Below, piece by piece: positions 25,078 to 38,057 of a stretch of DNA of 64,000 nt. Position 1 is the stretch's first letter. Each line of letters starts with the position of its first letter. This stretch comes from Amphiscolops sp. MND2022 (lineage: Eukaryota), in NCBI GenBank assembly GCA_964187785.1, contig OZ076409.1:85748001-85812000 (forward strand), given 5' to 3'. Made by a program: the position numbers and the translations under genes. The notes under the pieces were generated by a model. The model searched no databases and had not been told where the DNA came from. It worked only from the letters and a program-made list of their open reading frames with translations.

Positions 25078-25343
25078 AAAAAACTTTGTTGGAGTAGTCA
25101 TACTGTGCCAGGAGGTGAAGGAAGAGGACATATTGCTCTCAACACTGCTGCATTATTTCCACCGTGGAGGCGACTGAAAACATCAACAATCACAGTGGTA
25201 TCTATTCCATGAACCATGTCGGTGGCTCCTACCGCGGTTCGAACCACCATTTCACTATGCAGCTAGTGTGAGAGCAATCTTTCGCGCAACCGACTACTCC
25301 AACAAGACCTTGAATTGTCTGCTCGTGTTGCAGCTCATATAGC
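25078..25343 (-). ncRNA. Candidate structured Pol III-type ncRNA (~265 nt), copy A
   Basis: Nested long stems with G-U pairs favouring the minus strand; upstream TATA-like element; T6 terminator; near-identical second copy. Confidence 0.5.
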
Positions 25344-26922
25344 AATTTCATTGCGAAGTAATAAATATATACGAACGCAGCAACCAACAGCATTTTCTGG
25401 TAGTTCTAATCAGACTGCGCAATTGCATTTATATTTGGTGGGACATAGATCCCTTTTTCCTAGGCCTTGGTGGGACGGGCAATAGGTGGGACATAAAAGG
25501 TGGGACCTTCTACGAGACAGTGAAAAACGACTGAAATTGGCCAAAGAACTATTGGAGCCAAATTTCCACCAAGTGCTGAACACTCCACAATTACACAAGC
25601 TCAAAACACATGGTTTCACAGCTATTTCGGCACTTCTAGCAAAAACAGGACCCTGGGCATAATGGTATATGAACCATGTCTTATTTTCCCCTGCGGTCGC
25701 TCGGGGGGGGGGGGCATTTTGCGCAAGTTTTGACGAAATACAATTACCTTTGAAAAAGACGGCTTGGTACAAGCCATTTAAAGTTAAGTAATTAGAAACA
25801 AACACTTTAATATAGCTTTATTCTGACATCAAAGCAGTATTTCAACCAATACGGATTAACTAAAAACTTTGGCTTTCAATTACATTTTTTTCATTGTTGC
25901 CAAACAAACTCAAACGATTCAGTCTCTATTCTTTCTCTTTTGTCATCATACAGTCTCTCCACTCTCTCCTTCTGTACTCATCCTGCCATCTCTCAGTCTC
26001 TTTCATTCAGTCTTCTGTTCTCATTCTGCCATCACTCAGTCTCTCTTACCAAGTCATCTGTACTCGGTCTCTCCACAAACCCTCTTCTGCACTCAGTCTC
26101 TCTCAACAAGTCATACATCTGTACTCATTTTGGCTTCTTGCTTCAATGGATAACCTCACCTCACAAAATGGCGAAAACGCAGTTAATAAATTACATGGAA
26201 AGTCGCATACTCCACGCAAAGTTGGGTTTTGCTACTACTGCCAAGTGTTCTACCCCAACGGGAAAACGAAGTACGAATTTACACAAAAAAACACATACGA
26301 TGAAGAGATCATTTTCGATGACATCTGGAGACCGAACAATAATCTTCATGTTAAGCCTTTTAGGGCTCAGCTCTAAACACAACAAGTAACCCTGAAATCA
26401 AACCCCAGTACAACAAAAATCCAAGGAAGAAATTATAAGCCCTCTCGAGCCACTCTTTCACTACTGCTTCAACAAAAGAAACATTGTTTTGTTGATTTGT
26501 TCTTTTCATATATATTTTTGTATTTAGATGATCAATTAATTTTATTCACATACAGTCAGTTTTTGTACAAAGCTCTAAAATGTTTGAGTTAACGTAGAGG
26601 AAGGAACGCGATGTGATTGAGATCAGATGTATATTGTTTCACTGCAGTAGCGTTCTAAAATCTCGCAACTCCATTTCCTAAAGTTGAAAATTTTAAGTCC
26701 AAATTTCTTGGAAAGGGCCACAAAAAAAAATTTTCAGCTGGGAAAGTTTCTTAGCAATTTATGTAGCGATCGTGTCATCAATCCACCCACCCCCCCCCCA
26801 AACTGCGGCGGGGGGGGGGGGGCGGGGGGCTAAGACACAAGGTTCAAATACCATTATGTTGACATCGTTTCCGTTAAAATCACATTTTCAGATTCACAGG
26901 TATCATTAAATCTCTATAGAAT

Positions 26923-27077
26923 TTCGAGTAATTTCATTGAAATAGCAACGCAATGTGATTTCGAGTAACTTCGGTGAAATAGCAACTCGATGTGATTTCG
27001 AGCAACTTCGGTGAAATAGCAACGCGATGTGATTTCGAGTAACTTCATTGAAATAGCAACGCGATGTGATTTCGAGT
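26923..27077 (+). repeat. ~37-bp minisatellite
   Basis: 4 units of the GAAATAGCAACGCGATGTGATT family. Confidence 0.9.
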
Positions 27078-30000
27078 TCTTCTTCTCTTCGAGTACAGTT
27101 CTAAAATATCGCAACCTCATAGCATAATATGGCAAAATTCAAAACCAAATATCTCAAACTGCCACGAATACGAAATTTTGCGTGTCCGTTTAAGTTCGCC
27201 ACTTTTAAGTTCGCCACAAATACAAGTTCGCCACAAATGGTCGAATACATGGTTGCCGAAAAAAATCATTTCAATGAAAATAACTGCAATCAATCAATAA
27301 CAATAATTTATTTTTGAGATCATGGAATAAAAATCATTCACCCCCTCGACTAGAAGCCGCATTAAGCACAGGGGCTCCGAAAAAAAATTTTCATCGAAAT
27401 TATTTCAATAAATCGTTTATTTTTTTTGATTTTTCCATTAAAAAAATTTATTTTTCGAAGTTAGAAATAAAAATAGTTTATTTCTTTCAGATCCATTATT
27501 GAAAAATTATTTTTGTGACCACCGCCAATTGAGTGCAGCCATTGTGTCTGTGACAGCGAAGAGAACGAATTAACAAGCGAAAGACTTTTCAGCAGATCAA
27601 AACTGACGCAGGGGTATCTGAGACAAAACATGACCCCCATGCATCTTGAAGGATCTGTTTTTCTATTTGTAAATAGATCATTCTGGGATGTGCAAACTGT
27701 CGAAAAAATAATTGAATTTTTCTGCATTTTGCCATATTGGCCTTTATTTATTTTTAATGCTGAGAAATCAAAATTATTCATTTTTCCGTACGAGAAATAA
27801 ACATAATTTATTTTTGGAGTGCAATATTATGGCCATTATTTTTTCGGAGCCCCTGATTAAGCATGAAAATTTTGTTATAAAAGCCATAGCTTACTGTATT
27901 TCTTCGAGTATAAGCAGCGAATTCACTGCAGAAAAAGGTAAAAGAAATACGGTAATAATAATTTGGTTCGTTGTGATGGAAATTGAACTGATAAAGAAAC
28001 GCCATGTGACTGAGCATGAAAATTTCATTCATTCATTCTCAACCTACAGCTAGCTTGTTGCAAAGCTGGAGAATTGAACGACTGAAAAGAAACGCAAGAT
28101 GATTGAGCATGCTTTTGTGATTAGCGTACGTGTAACTGGTCTGCCTTGTTTTATTTATTTAATTTATTTACTTCTAACTTTGAACTGACGAGTTGCATCA
28201 AAGTCTAGCTGCTTCTAAAACTGTTGTTTACTGAACACGCCTGCTTGGTGGAATAAGACACATGGTCCTAAAATTTAACCGCATGACCCTTTAAATATTT
28301 TGTTCTCCAGGGTTGGAAAAGTATCTGAAAGTAATTTGAACATCCAAAAGATCAGATACTTTTGTTTATCCGCCTGATGTTTTGATACGTCTTTCTCCAA
28401 ATAAAGTATTTCATTTCAAAAATGAACCGTTTTTGTTTCAATGTTATACCAAAAGGGGACATTGGCTCAGATATATACAGATAGACGACAGGAGATACCT
28501 ACCCCATGAATTTAAATTTTATGAAACGATTCCGCCAGTGTTTAACTTTGGTGATCTGACCAGCGGAAGCTGTTGCACTGAGCCATATTCCCCTACATAA
28601 GGTAAACTAAATTCAATATTAATAGCTTAGCTCATACCATACTGTTATATTGATGATGTACAGTAGTGTTCTATGATGTAGTACAGTAGCGTTCTAAAAT
28701 ATCGCAGCTCCAATGCTAAAAACTGCAAATTTCAAATCGAAATTTCTTGAAAACTGTCACAAATACGAAAAAGTGTCAGCTAGGAAAGTTTCTTAGAATT
28801 TTATGTAGTTTACGAAAATGTTTGTTTGAAATTTTTGCGACAAAAATTACAAAAGTTAGAAAATGGAAATTTTGACAAATTTTAATCAAATTTGTACTTT
28901 TGTACAAAGTTTGTACACAAAATTAAAAATATATTTTTGCAAAATTTTCAGTCAATCTTTTGCAGATTCAGATCACTTTTTCTCGCAGACCTTTCAAACA
29001 AACATTTTTGTAAACTAGATAAAATTCTAACAAACTTTCCTAGCTGGCAAAATTTCGGTGCCGTTGTAAGTTCGCCATATTTAAGTTCGCCACGTATAAG
29101 TTAGCCCCTAAAATTTAGCCACATTTAAGTTAGCCACCATATAAGATCGCCACGTTTGTTTTCACCACATTTCAGCTGATGAAAGAATTGCATATCAGCG
29201 ATTATTTTCATTTGGTTATATTTAGTGGCGATTAGCATACTTGTTGTATGGCTCGGTCGCTTCGCTCCCTTCGCCAAGTAGCAACATTGAGGCATGGCCA
29301 TATGGCACGTCGCTCCGCTTCGCTCCTGCATTTAGGGCACTAGGGGTATGTGAACATATCTGACTACGTTATCGTAATTTTGAATGATCGAATTTGATTG
29401 GCCGAAAATGTGGCGAACTTGTATGTGGCGAACCTATATGGTGGCTAAATTAAATATGGCTAAGATTTACGGGCTAACTTATATGTCAACACAAACCACA
29501 AATAACTAAACAGAAAAGTAAAATCTTCACATGAACAAAAATTTTCCGAATAGTAATTTTTGGACTTTGTTTACCCTGGAAGTCAGTTTTGTTTTTATTG
29601 TTATATTTATTTGAATCAAATTCCATTTTCCAAATGCTAATTGGGACTAATTTCAATCTGATTTGCTTTCGAGATTAATAGTTCGAAAAATTCTTTTCGT
29701 AACAATTCTCAATTTTTGTCGCAGAGATTTTTTAAAACACTAATAAAAACTAGATGAAAGTCTAAGAAACTTTCACTTATGATGTAATTCAAAATTTCGA
29801 AAAATCAGAACCTAAAGTCGCTTGTGGGACGATTTCCTTAATCACAATACTGTACATGTATTGGCAAATCATCAGCTTATCGGACAGAATACGAATCTAT
29901 TTTCTATCACATTCCGCTTCTTTTTGAAACTATCTTTCCTCAACTACACTGCGTTTCTTTCCTATTGAACTTATACTTTCTTTTATTGTTCTTGATTTAG

Positions 30001-30506
30001 GGGGGGGGCTTATATGACGAACATACCGTAAATCAACATTTTCCCTTTCACAAATGGCGAGGGGGGCTTATTTGCCGGGATATACGGTATGATCTAAAAG
30101 AAACGCAAGGTGATTGATATTGAATGCAAACTTTTGGGATAACAAAAATGTTGCGTCTCTGTGCCAATAATTTTATTTTGTGAAAATTAGATTAACTTCG
30201 TCATCAAAAAATTTTCTTTGAGGTGAAAATGTGATAGAGAATTGATTTGTATTGTTTCACTAGAAGTTCTAGTGAAACAATACAAATCAAATCTATCACA
30301 TTGCGTTTCTTTTAGATCATACGTCTAGTGAAACAATACAATACACTTCTAATCTCAATCATATTGCGTTTCTCTCTCTACATTAACTCAAACAAGATCC
30401 CACCTTTTATGTCCCACCAAATGCCCGTCCCACCAAGGCATAATAAAAAGGGGTCTATGTCCGACTAAAGCTGGTTTCCTCAACACAATCTACTAAATAT
30501 ATACAA

Positions 30507-30614
30507 CAGTGTTGGCATGTTTTAAAACAGACTGTTTTAAAACAGTTTTGAAACACTGTTTTAAAACGTTTAAAGCGTATAAAAAGACTTTTAAACGTTT
30601 TTTATCCAACCCTG
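30507..30614. mobile_element. Very short hAT-like MITE
   Basis: CAGTGTTGG/CCAACCCTG; TSD ATATACAA/ATTTACAA (1 mismatch). Confidence 0.5.
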
Positions 30615-30822
30615 ATTTACAATCATGTAATAGTCCCTTTTATGTCAAATAACTTGACCAATAAGGGACCTTTATATGAATGAGTTTTCTTGTTTGGGGA
30701 AAAAATTTCTTCAAAGAAGTCAAGTTCCATACATATTGGCTGTAACAGCACTAAAAGTTGGTAGGTTGAATTCTGCTGTATGAGACTCAGGTATGAAAGT
30801 GTATGAGTAGGTTGTACTTCCG

Positions 30823-31081
30823 AAAAACCTGGTTGGAGTAATCATACTACGCGAGGAAGTGGGAAGGAACATTGCTCTCAACACCGCTGCATTATTTCCA
30901 CCGTGGAGGCGATTGAAACATCAACAATCACAGTGGTATCTATTCCATGAACCATGTCGGTTGCTCCTACCGTGGTTCGAACCACCATTTCACTATGCAG
31001 CTAGTGTGAGAGCAATCTTTCGCGCAACCGACTACTCCAACAAGACCTTGAATTGTCTGCTCGTGTTGCAGCTCATATAGC
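30823..31081 (-). ncRNA. Candidate structured Pol III-type ncRNA, copy B
   Basis: Paralog of 25078-25343; T5 terminator; most stem substitutions keep pairing via G-U. Confidence 0.5.
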
Positions 31082-33611
31082 ATTTTTATTGCGAAATAAT
31101 AAAGATATAAGAACGCTGCAGCCAACAGCAGTTTGTGGTAGTTCTAATCAGGGGTGCGCAATTTTGCGTTTATATTCTTCATATTGCATTGTTTCTTTTG
31201 GATCATATTTCCACAGTAGCGTTCTAACGTTCTAAAATATCGCAACTTTAATGCTTATAATGTCAAAATTCAAACCCAAATACCTGGTAAACTGTCACGA
31301 AAATTAAGTAACGTAGAATCAAAATTTTTAGACTTTTTTTCATCCGGACACTCGCTATATTTTCCCCAACCTACTGATGTTTTCATCGAAAATTTGCTTC
31401 GAAATACAATATATTTTGTGTCTATGAGCGCTGAAGTACATGTATTAAGATAGGGTATAAGAATTGTTTTTAGAAAGCTGACAATTTTAATTTGAAATCG
31501 AAAAAGCTTTTCAATCCAACTATATCAGCATCCTGACGATACTTGGCGGCAATTTATCCACAAAATATTTGCAATTTTTTTGTCGCAGAAAAATCAGATA
31601 ATTTTGTAAACTAGATAAAATTCAAAGAAACTTTCCTTGCTGACATTTTTTGTATTTGTGGCAATTTTCAACAAATTAGCCTTTCATTTTTAACAACCGT
31701 GACTTACATTTATATAGATCATAATTCTAGTGAAACAATAAACATCGGACCATGTCATCTCTCCCCCCCACCCTATGTACACCTTGGTACGAATTTCCCA
31801 CCCAACACGAAAGCACATTTTCTTCTGGAATAAAAATATTTCACTGATAAGAGAATATTATACTTTTACTTAAAGGATTGTCTCTACAACTGTTTGGACA
31901 CTTCAGGTAAAAAATCCATAATTTTTTGATATTATTGTCCAAAATAGCATAAATTCACGCTTGGAACAAGATACAATAATTGAAATTTAGTTCTCTTTGT
32001 TTATTTGCTCTTTGCAAATCCACCTTTATTTGGACAATTAATAATTCAGCAGATAATTTGAAACAAAAATACAAACAGTGCTGTGGAAAATTGAAAGATT
32101 TTAATCAAAAAACTAACTATCCAACAAAAAACGATTTAGGTCACCTGTAGGTTAGGCTTTGTATGACATATTAAGAAAGAGAGCTGAAGAAACAAGATAA
32201 AAGTGATTCCAGGAATCCTCGAAACTCTTCAAAGTAATTTGTACTGATACTTGGACTTAGAACGGCTTGAAAATCAGAGAAATTACGCGGGAGAACAAAA
32301 ATTATAACAAATGCCGGAAATAAGTTCATCAAAACTGAATTTTAACTCAATTCATTATTATAGCCGCAACGTGCTAATTAAAGAAGTCACTGTGGCAACT
32401 AAGGTCATTGACAGTTCGGGGAAGGTGCGAATTTGTTTAAGCAAAAGTTGTGACGTTATGCTCGGCTGCTATCACACGGCCATCGCACGTTAAACATTAC
32501 TGTAGGAAAGGCAATGGGATGACTCATCATTGATGAGCATGCTATTGAGCCTGCTGCTAGCAAGCAACTTCACAACTCTGAAAAACAAGCGCCGTGTGAT
32601 GAGCATGTGAAGTTCAGTTGCAGTTGGAGATAAGTTTCACGTGAATGAGAACATCTTTTGTCGGGCACAAATAACAGCTGAGATTACAAATCTCAACGAA
32701 GTTATTTTTGCCCAGTATAATTTATTTTTAAGGAGGCTCTCAGTTAGGGGATCACATAGTGTCGCCCATAACAAGACCCACGGCGAGAACGTGGCCTCTG
32801 AAAAGTCTCAAAAATCTAAGTTTACAAATTCTAGTACAAAAATATGCTAACTACCAGAGCTTCCGAAATTTTATTTGGGATCAAATAATTCAAATAATTT
32901 GAACCAAAATCAGTTATTTGAATAATAGAAACTTGCAAGCTTTTGATCATTTATTTGGCAATAGTTGAATCATTATTTTCGGTAATAATATTCTTAAGAC
33001 TTTCATCCCAAGATAGCCTATTCATCTTCAAAAGTTTCAAGGGTTCATTGGAAAAATACTTATCTGAAACCGTATAAGGCCTAATCCGCGGTAGTAAAGA
33101 ACCTTTCTATATAATTAGAGTTCGGCACTATGAAATCAATATCAAAGTAATCAGACATGTTTTGTGTTTTCCATTTTTTCATTATTAATTTCTAGTGTGC
33201 GTCACATTTCAATGCATCATTCCAGGCAAAAAATCACAATTACTTGTTAAACAAGCGGAAGCCCTGATAACTACACTTTTACAAAATTTTAATTGTACAA
33301 AATACTATTTACGGGTATTTACCTAGAAACTCGAAACTAATAAACATTGTGCACAGACATACAAAGGTTTTGCGACGGCGTTCTTCATTTACAGTGGGGG
33401 AAGTTTTGTATTAGAGGGCAGGAATGTTCAAAATGAGAAAGGTACTAATAACTGATCTTGATTTTCAGTTACTAGTATAAATACTAGTGCCCTAAATGCA
33501 GGAGCGGAGCGAGGTGCCTTATGGTCATGCCTCAATGTTCACGGCCCCTAGAAAGTTGCGGAATTGAAATTAAACAAATCGCGAGAACATTTGCGTTAAA
33601 AAGTCTTGAAC

Positions 33612-33835
33612 TACTTCGATGAAAGAGCAACGCGATGTGATTTCGAGTACTTCGATGAAATAGCAACGCGATGTGATTTTGAGTAATTTCATCTGAAATA
33701 GCAACGCGATGTGATTTCGAGCACTTCGATGAAATAGCAACGCGATGTGATTCCGAGTAACTTCGGTGAAATAGCAACGCTATGTGATTTTCGAGTACCT
33801 TCTTTGAAGTAGCAACGCGATGTGGTTTTCGAGTA
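33612..33835 (+). repeat. ~37-bp minisatellite
   Basis: 6 units. Confidence 0.9.
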
Positions 33836-36800
33836 CAATTCTAAAATATCGCAACCTCATAGCATAAAATGGCAAAATTCAAAACCAAATATCAGGAGAT
33901 TTGGTGGCAATTGATTGACTGAAATTTTTTCAAAAATATATTTTCAATTTTGTGAAAATCCGGAAAAAGTACAAATTGGAATGAATTTTGTCAAAATTTC
34001 AAATTACTAATTTTTGAAATTTTTGTCGCAGAAAATTCAAACAAACATTTTTGTAAACTAGATAAAATTTTAAGAAACTTTCCTAGCTGACACGTTTTCG
34101 TATTTGTGACAGTTTTCAAGAAATTTCGATTTGAAATTTGCAATTTTAAGCTTTGGAGTTTTAATGAAAAAGCAACGCGGTGTGATCAGGGTTACCGAAA
34201 ATATTATTTTGATAATATTTTAGCCAAAAATACAGTTATTTTATTTCTATTCTCAAAAATAAATAATTGCAAAACCTTTGTGTTCAATAAATGATGAATG
34301 TGAGTGAAACTGATTAAGTTTAATTGGAGAAGAATTCTGAGAAATCTGAGAATTCTCAAGTGTCAACGAAGTTGAAATTTTGTAAATCCGTTACGAACCA
34401 TGCCGAGACTGAACGAAATTTTCACCGAGTGTCAGGACTGCTGTGACGTCATAATTAATATGATAGTAGCGTTCAGTAAATGTAGCGTTCTAAAATATCG
34501 CAACTCCACTGCTTAAAATTGCAAATTTCAAATCCAAATTTGTTAGAAACTGTCACAAAAAGGAAAAATTGTCAGCTATGGAAGTTTTTAAGAATTTGAT
34601 CTAGTTCACAAAAATGTTAAATGGAAATTTCTACGACCCTTTTTGAAAAAGTTAAAAATACAAAATATTTTACCGTATATTCCGGCAGGGGTATTCAAAA
34701 AATAATTTCGGGGAAAGTTATTGCGAAAAAAAAACAAAAGAAAGTTCAACTCAAAACAGAAAGTCGTTGAATTTCTTGTGACTGCACAAAATAGTGTCAA
34801 CAAATTTGTATCTTAATTCTAAACTGTCACCATGGAAATAAAGATAGAATTAAAGGTTTATGGTTTATAATTTAGGTTTTGTGATATTTTTTACTAATTT
34901 CTCAAAAACAATCGGCGGTGGGGAGGATGGTTTTAACAGCAAAGAGCCAAAATGTGGGATGTTGATTAGATTTCTTTATAATATTGAGTTTTGAAACTTG
35001 AGAATCTTTTTCGTGGCAAGTATTTAGGTGACAGAATATGGAAATTGATAATTCACATAATTTCCACAATATTTGGGTTTTAATGTAATTATTGCAATTT
35101 ATTATGGCTGATGTTATAGGTGCAGTCTTACATTCGCCATACCGTATTAGGAAAACCTGACGTGTAGGTAAATTTATTTCATAATTAAACAGTTTTTTTC
35201 ACACTCTAAAAAATAAATTGGACCACTGATTGTGAAAATGATTTGGACTGAACAAAAGGTACCGATTTCTCAGCAACTATTTTCTGCTAAAAACTATTCA
35301 TGTGAAAGTTTCTCAATTTTTCAATACGAGTTGAGGTGTTGAGGCAACTAGCGTTGGTGGGACATAGACACCTTTTTACTAGGCCTTGGTGGGACGGGCA
35401 TTAGGTGGGACATACAGATTTTGGCAACCGAATTGGATTTTTGTACACATCATCAGCCAATATAAACTTTTATATCATATTTTAAAAAAGTGTATTTAAT
35501 TTCAAAAGTTGAATTTTTCGTTTCAATCTTTCACAAAATGGGGACAGGTGCTCAGATATCTAAAGATAGGCCAAAACAGATACCTACCTCATGAACCTTG
35601 ACTTTATGGAGCAAGTAGACTATTCTGTCACGGTGGAGCCTCAAGTTGTCAGAGTGTTTAGGCTCGGTGATCTAAGAAACGGATTCTGAAGCTCTGAGCC
35701 ATAGTCACCTATATACGGTAAACTAACTTGAGTATATACAGTATACGCAAAACATGTAAATACTCCACGCCGTGTTCATTCACATTCTTTCAGCTCTTAT
35801 TCCTAGTGAACCAAAACCAATCTAATTCCAATCACATTGCGTTTCTTTTAGATGGTGGATTCCCAAATAACATAAGAGTAAATATTTTTCAAACAACAAA
35901 AATGGAAAAGTATGAAAATTACAGAGAAAAACTCTTAAGTTCAATAGTTTAAACGGGTATTCAGCTTTATTTTTGTTATATGAAATTAACTTTCCTCTTT
36001 ATGTTTTTTATGCGACTAATCTATTATTATTAATATCATTGAGTAATTCGGTGATGTCCGTTTTTATTCTTAATTTGAATGGAATTTAAAATATTGATTT
36101 TATTTAAAATAACCATATCTACAACAATATAAATTATTGGGAATCTCCAAACCAAGAGCCTCTTCAAAACTTAATTACAACAAGTTTTTTTGGAAAGCAA
36201 CAATCATAGGGCTCTAGGCTCAGCGTTGCTTAGCTGAAGTGGCCGATTTGAACGTAACGGTTGCTTAAAAGTTGCTTAAATGTGGTGGAAGAAGCGGGCC
36301 TATACCCAGGTTCGATGAAGAATTCAGTGACACTTTGTCATCCAGACGTAGGGCGAAAAATCAATGCTTTGTACGAGAATGGGTGACATATTGGAGTAGT
36401 AATGTACTGCAGTATTACCCTTGGAGAGTTCAAAATAGACTATCAAGATGTGCCAGGGTTGATCAAATTATGATTTTTATTTATTTTAAACAGACAAATA
36501 GGATTTAAAATATTTTAACCCGGATTCGTGATTTAAATCATTTTTCCCGACTTTAAAAAAATCTGTGGTGGACCCCAGACGTCTTACCCCCCCCCCCACT
36601 TAGAGCTGCGGTGGAACAAAATGGACGATTTGGCCGAGAGTTATCCAAAAAATGTTCAAAATTAATTTCAATTTAAATCAATATTATTTAAAAGGTGTTT
36701 TTAAGAACTGTTTAGAACTTTAAAACAGAAGAGAAGCTCTCAGGTGATATCGCTGCTTGCTGTGAATCAAACAATACCGGTCAGCTTGGTAATTAGCGCT

Positions 36801-37942
36801 GGTTTGAACGGTGTGGTTTAACACCATTTTGATTTAAAACCTAAAGTTTTCATTTATATTTTCTTTCAAAATACGTATTTTCCTCGTGATTCTTTATTCA
36901 CTGTATTTCGAAACTTAAATTGAGAGCAGTTTTGGCATATCATCTTTTATTTCAAAACTGGGTGGTAATTTACTTGATTCTCTAATATCACTAACTTAGA
37001 AATTTGTTATTACTGACTTAGTTTATTTAAAAGTAAGGTTAAGTGGTCAAGTGCAAGACGTTATTTCAATTATTTAATTAGTTGGTTACTTGAGTGAAAG
37101 GACAAAACAAACTCCTGAAAACAAAGCAAGTTACGAGTAAAAGACAGAGTAAAGTAACGATGTATTTTGTCAATGATCTGGCTCCATTGATCATTCAATC
37201 TCCAAACACTAAAACGATCGCTTCCTTCAAAACATTGACAATCAGACTTTCAAAACGCAATACACTATCAAAAGTATACCTGAACATCAGAATACCTTAA
37301 CGCAATACCATACGAAGTCTCAGAATGCTGATCTGCGCCGTTTGTGGGGAGGAACTGTACAACTTCATTTGGTCGCTTGATGAGAACCACGCGATCTGCA
37401 GTGAGTGCCGCGATGCTTGGATCAAAGTCCTCGAGAGGCAAGTTTCACAACTTTGCTGATTTTGAAATTTGTAGTTGAAGATGACAGTTTTTTCACTTCA
37501 AAATTTTCCCATATTATCACTGACCAATATCGAAAAGAACCCGACATTTCAACGATTTGTTTTTTGATGCTATGAAACTATTACTCTTCTGTTTTTCTTC
37601 GTGGGACTTAGTGGGACTCAGACCCCCTCTTTTTCACTCGGCCTTGGTGGGACGGGCATTAGGTGGGACATAAAAGGTGGGACCTCCTATGAGGCGTAGT
37701 CAAAAGTGACTGAAAGTGGCTAAAGTTCGACCGAGTGCTTAATACTGGCACATTGGCTTCGTTTTCAGAAAAAACCAACAATAAGGAAAACGGAACTAGA
37801 AGCTTGATATAAAACAAACTTATTCATGATATTCAAAAATCATCCATTTTGTGAGTTACAGGCAAACGACCACTGACAGCATCATTTGGGCGAAGTGCCC
37901 TCTGTGTAGGAAAGAATCCCTACTGAAATCTTGATCAAGCTT

Positions 37943-38057
37943 GATCGACCTGCAGATTTGAGAGCCTGATCGACCTGCAGAAATGAGAGGTCGATCGACC
38001 TGCAGAAATGAGAGCTCGATCCACCTGCAGAAATGAGAGCTCGATCCACCTGCAGAA
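37943..38057 (+). repeat. 25-bp tandem repeat (GATCGACCTGCAGAAATGAGAGCTC), ~4.6 copies
   Basis: Directly visible. Confidence 0.92.

Noticed and set aside
25078..25343. Calling the structured RNA SRP/7SL, RNase P/MRP, Y RNA or telomerase RNA
   Set aside because: Diagnostic motifs (GNRA helices 6/8, P4 consensus, bulged-C Ro site, CUAACC template) not found by eye.
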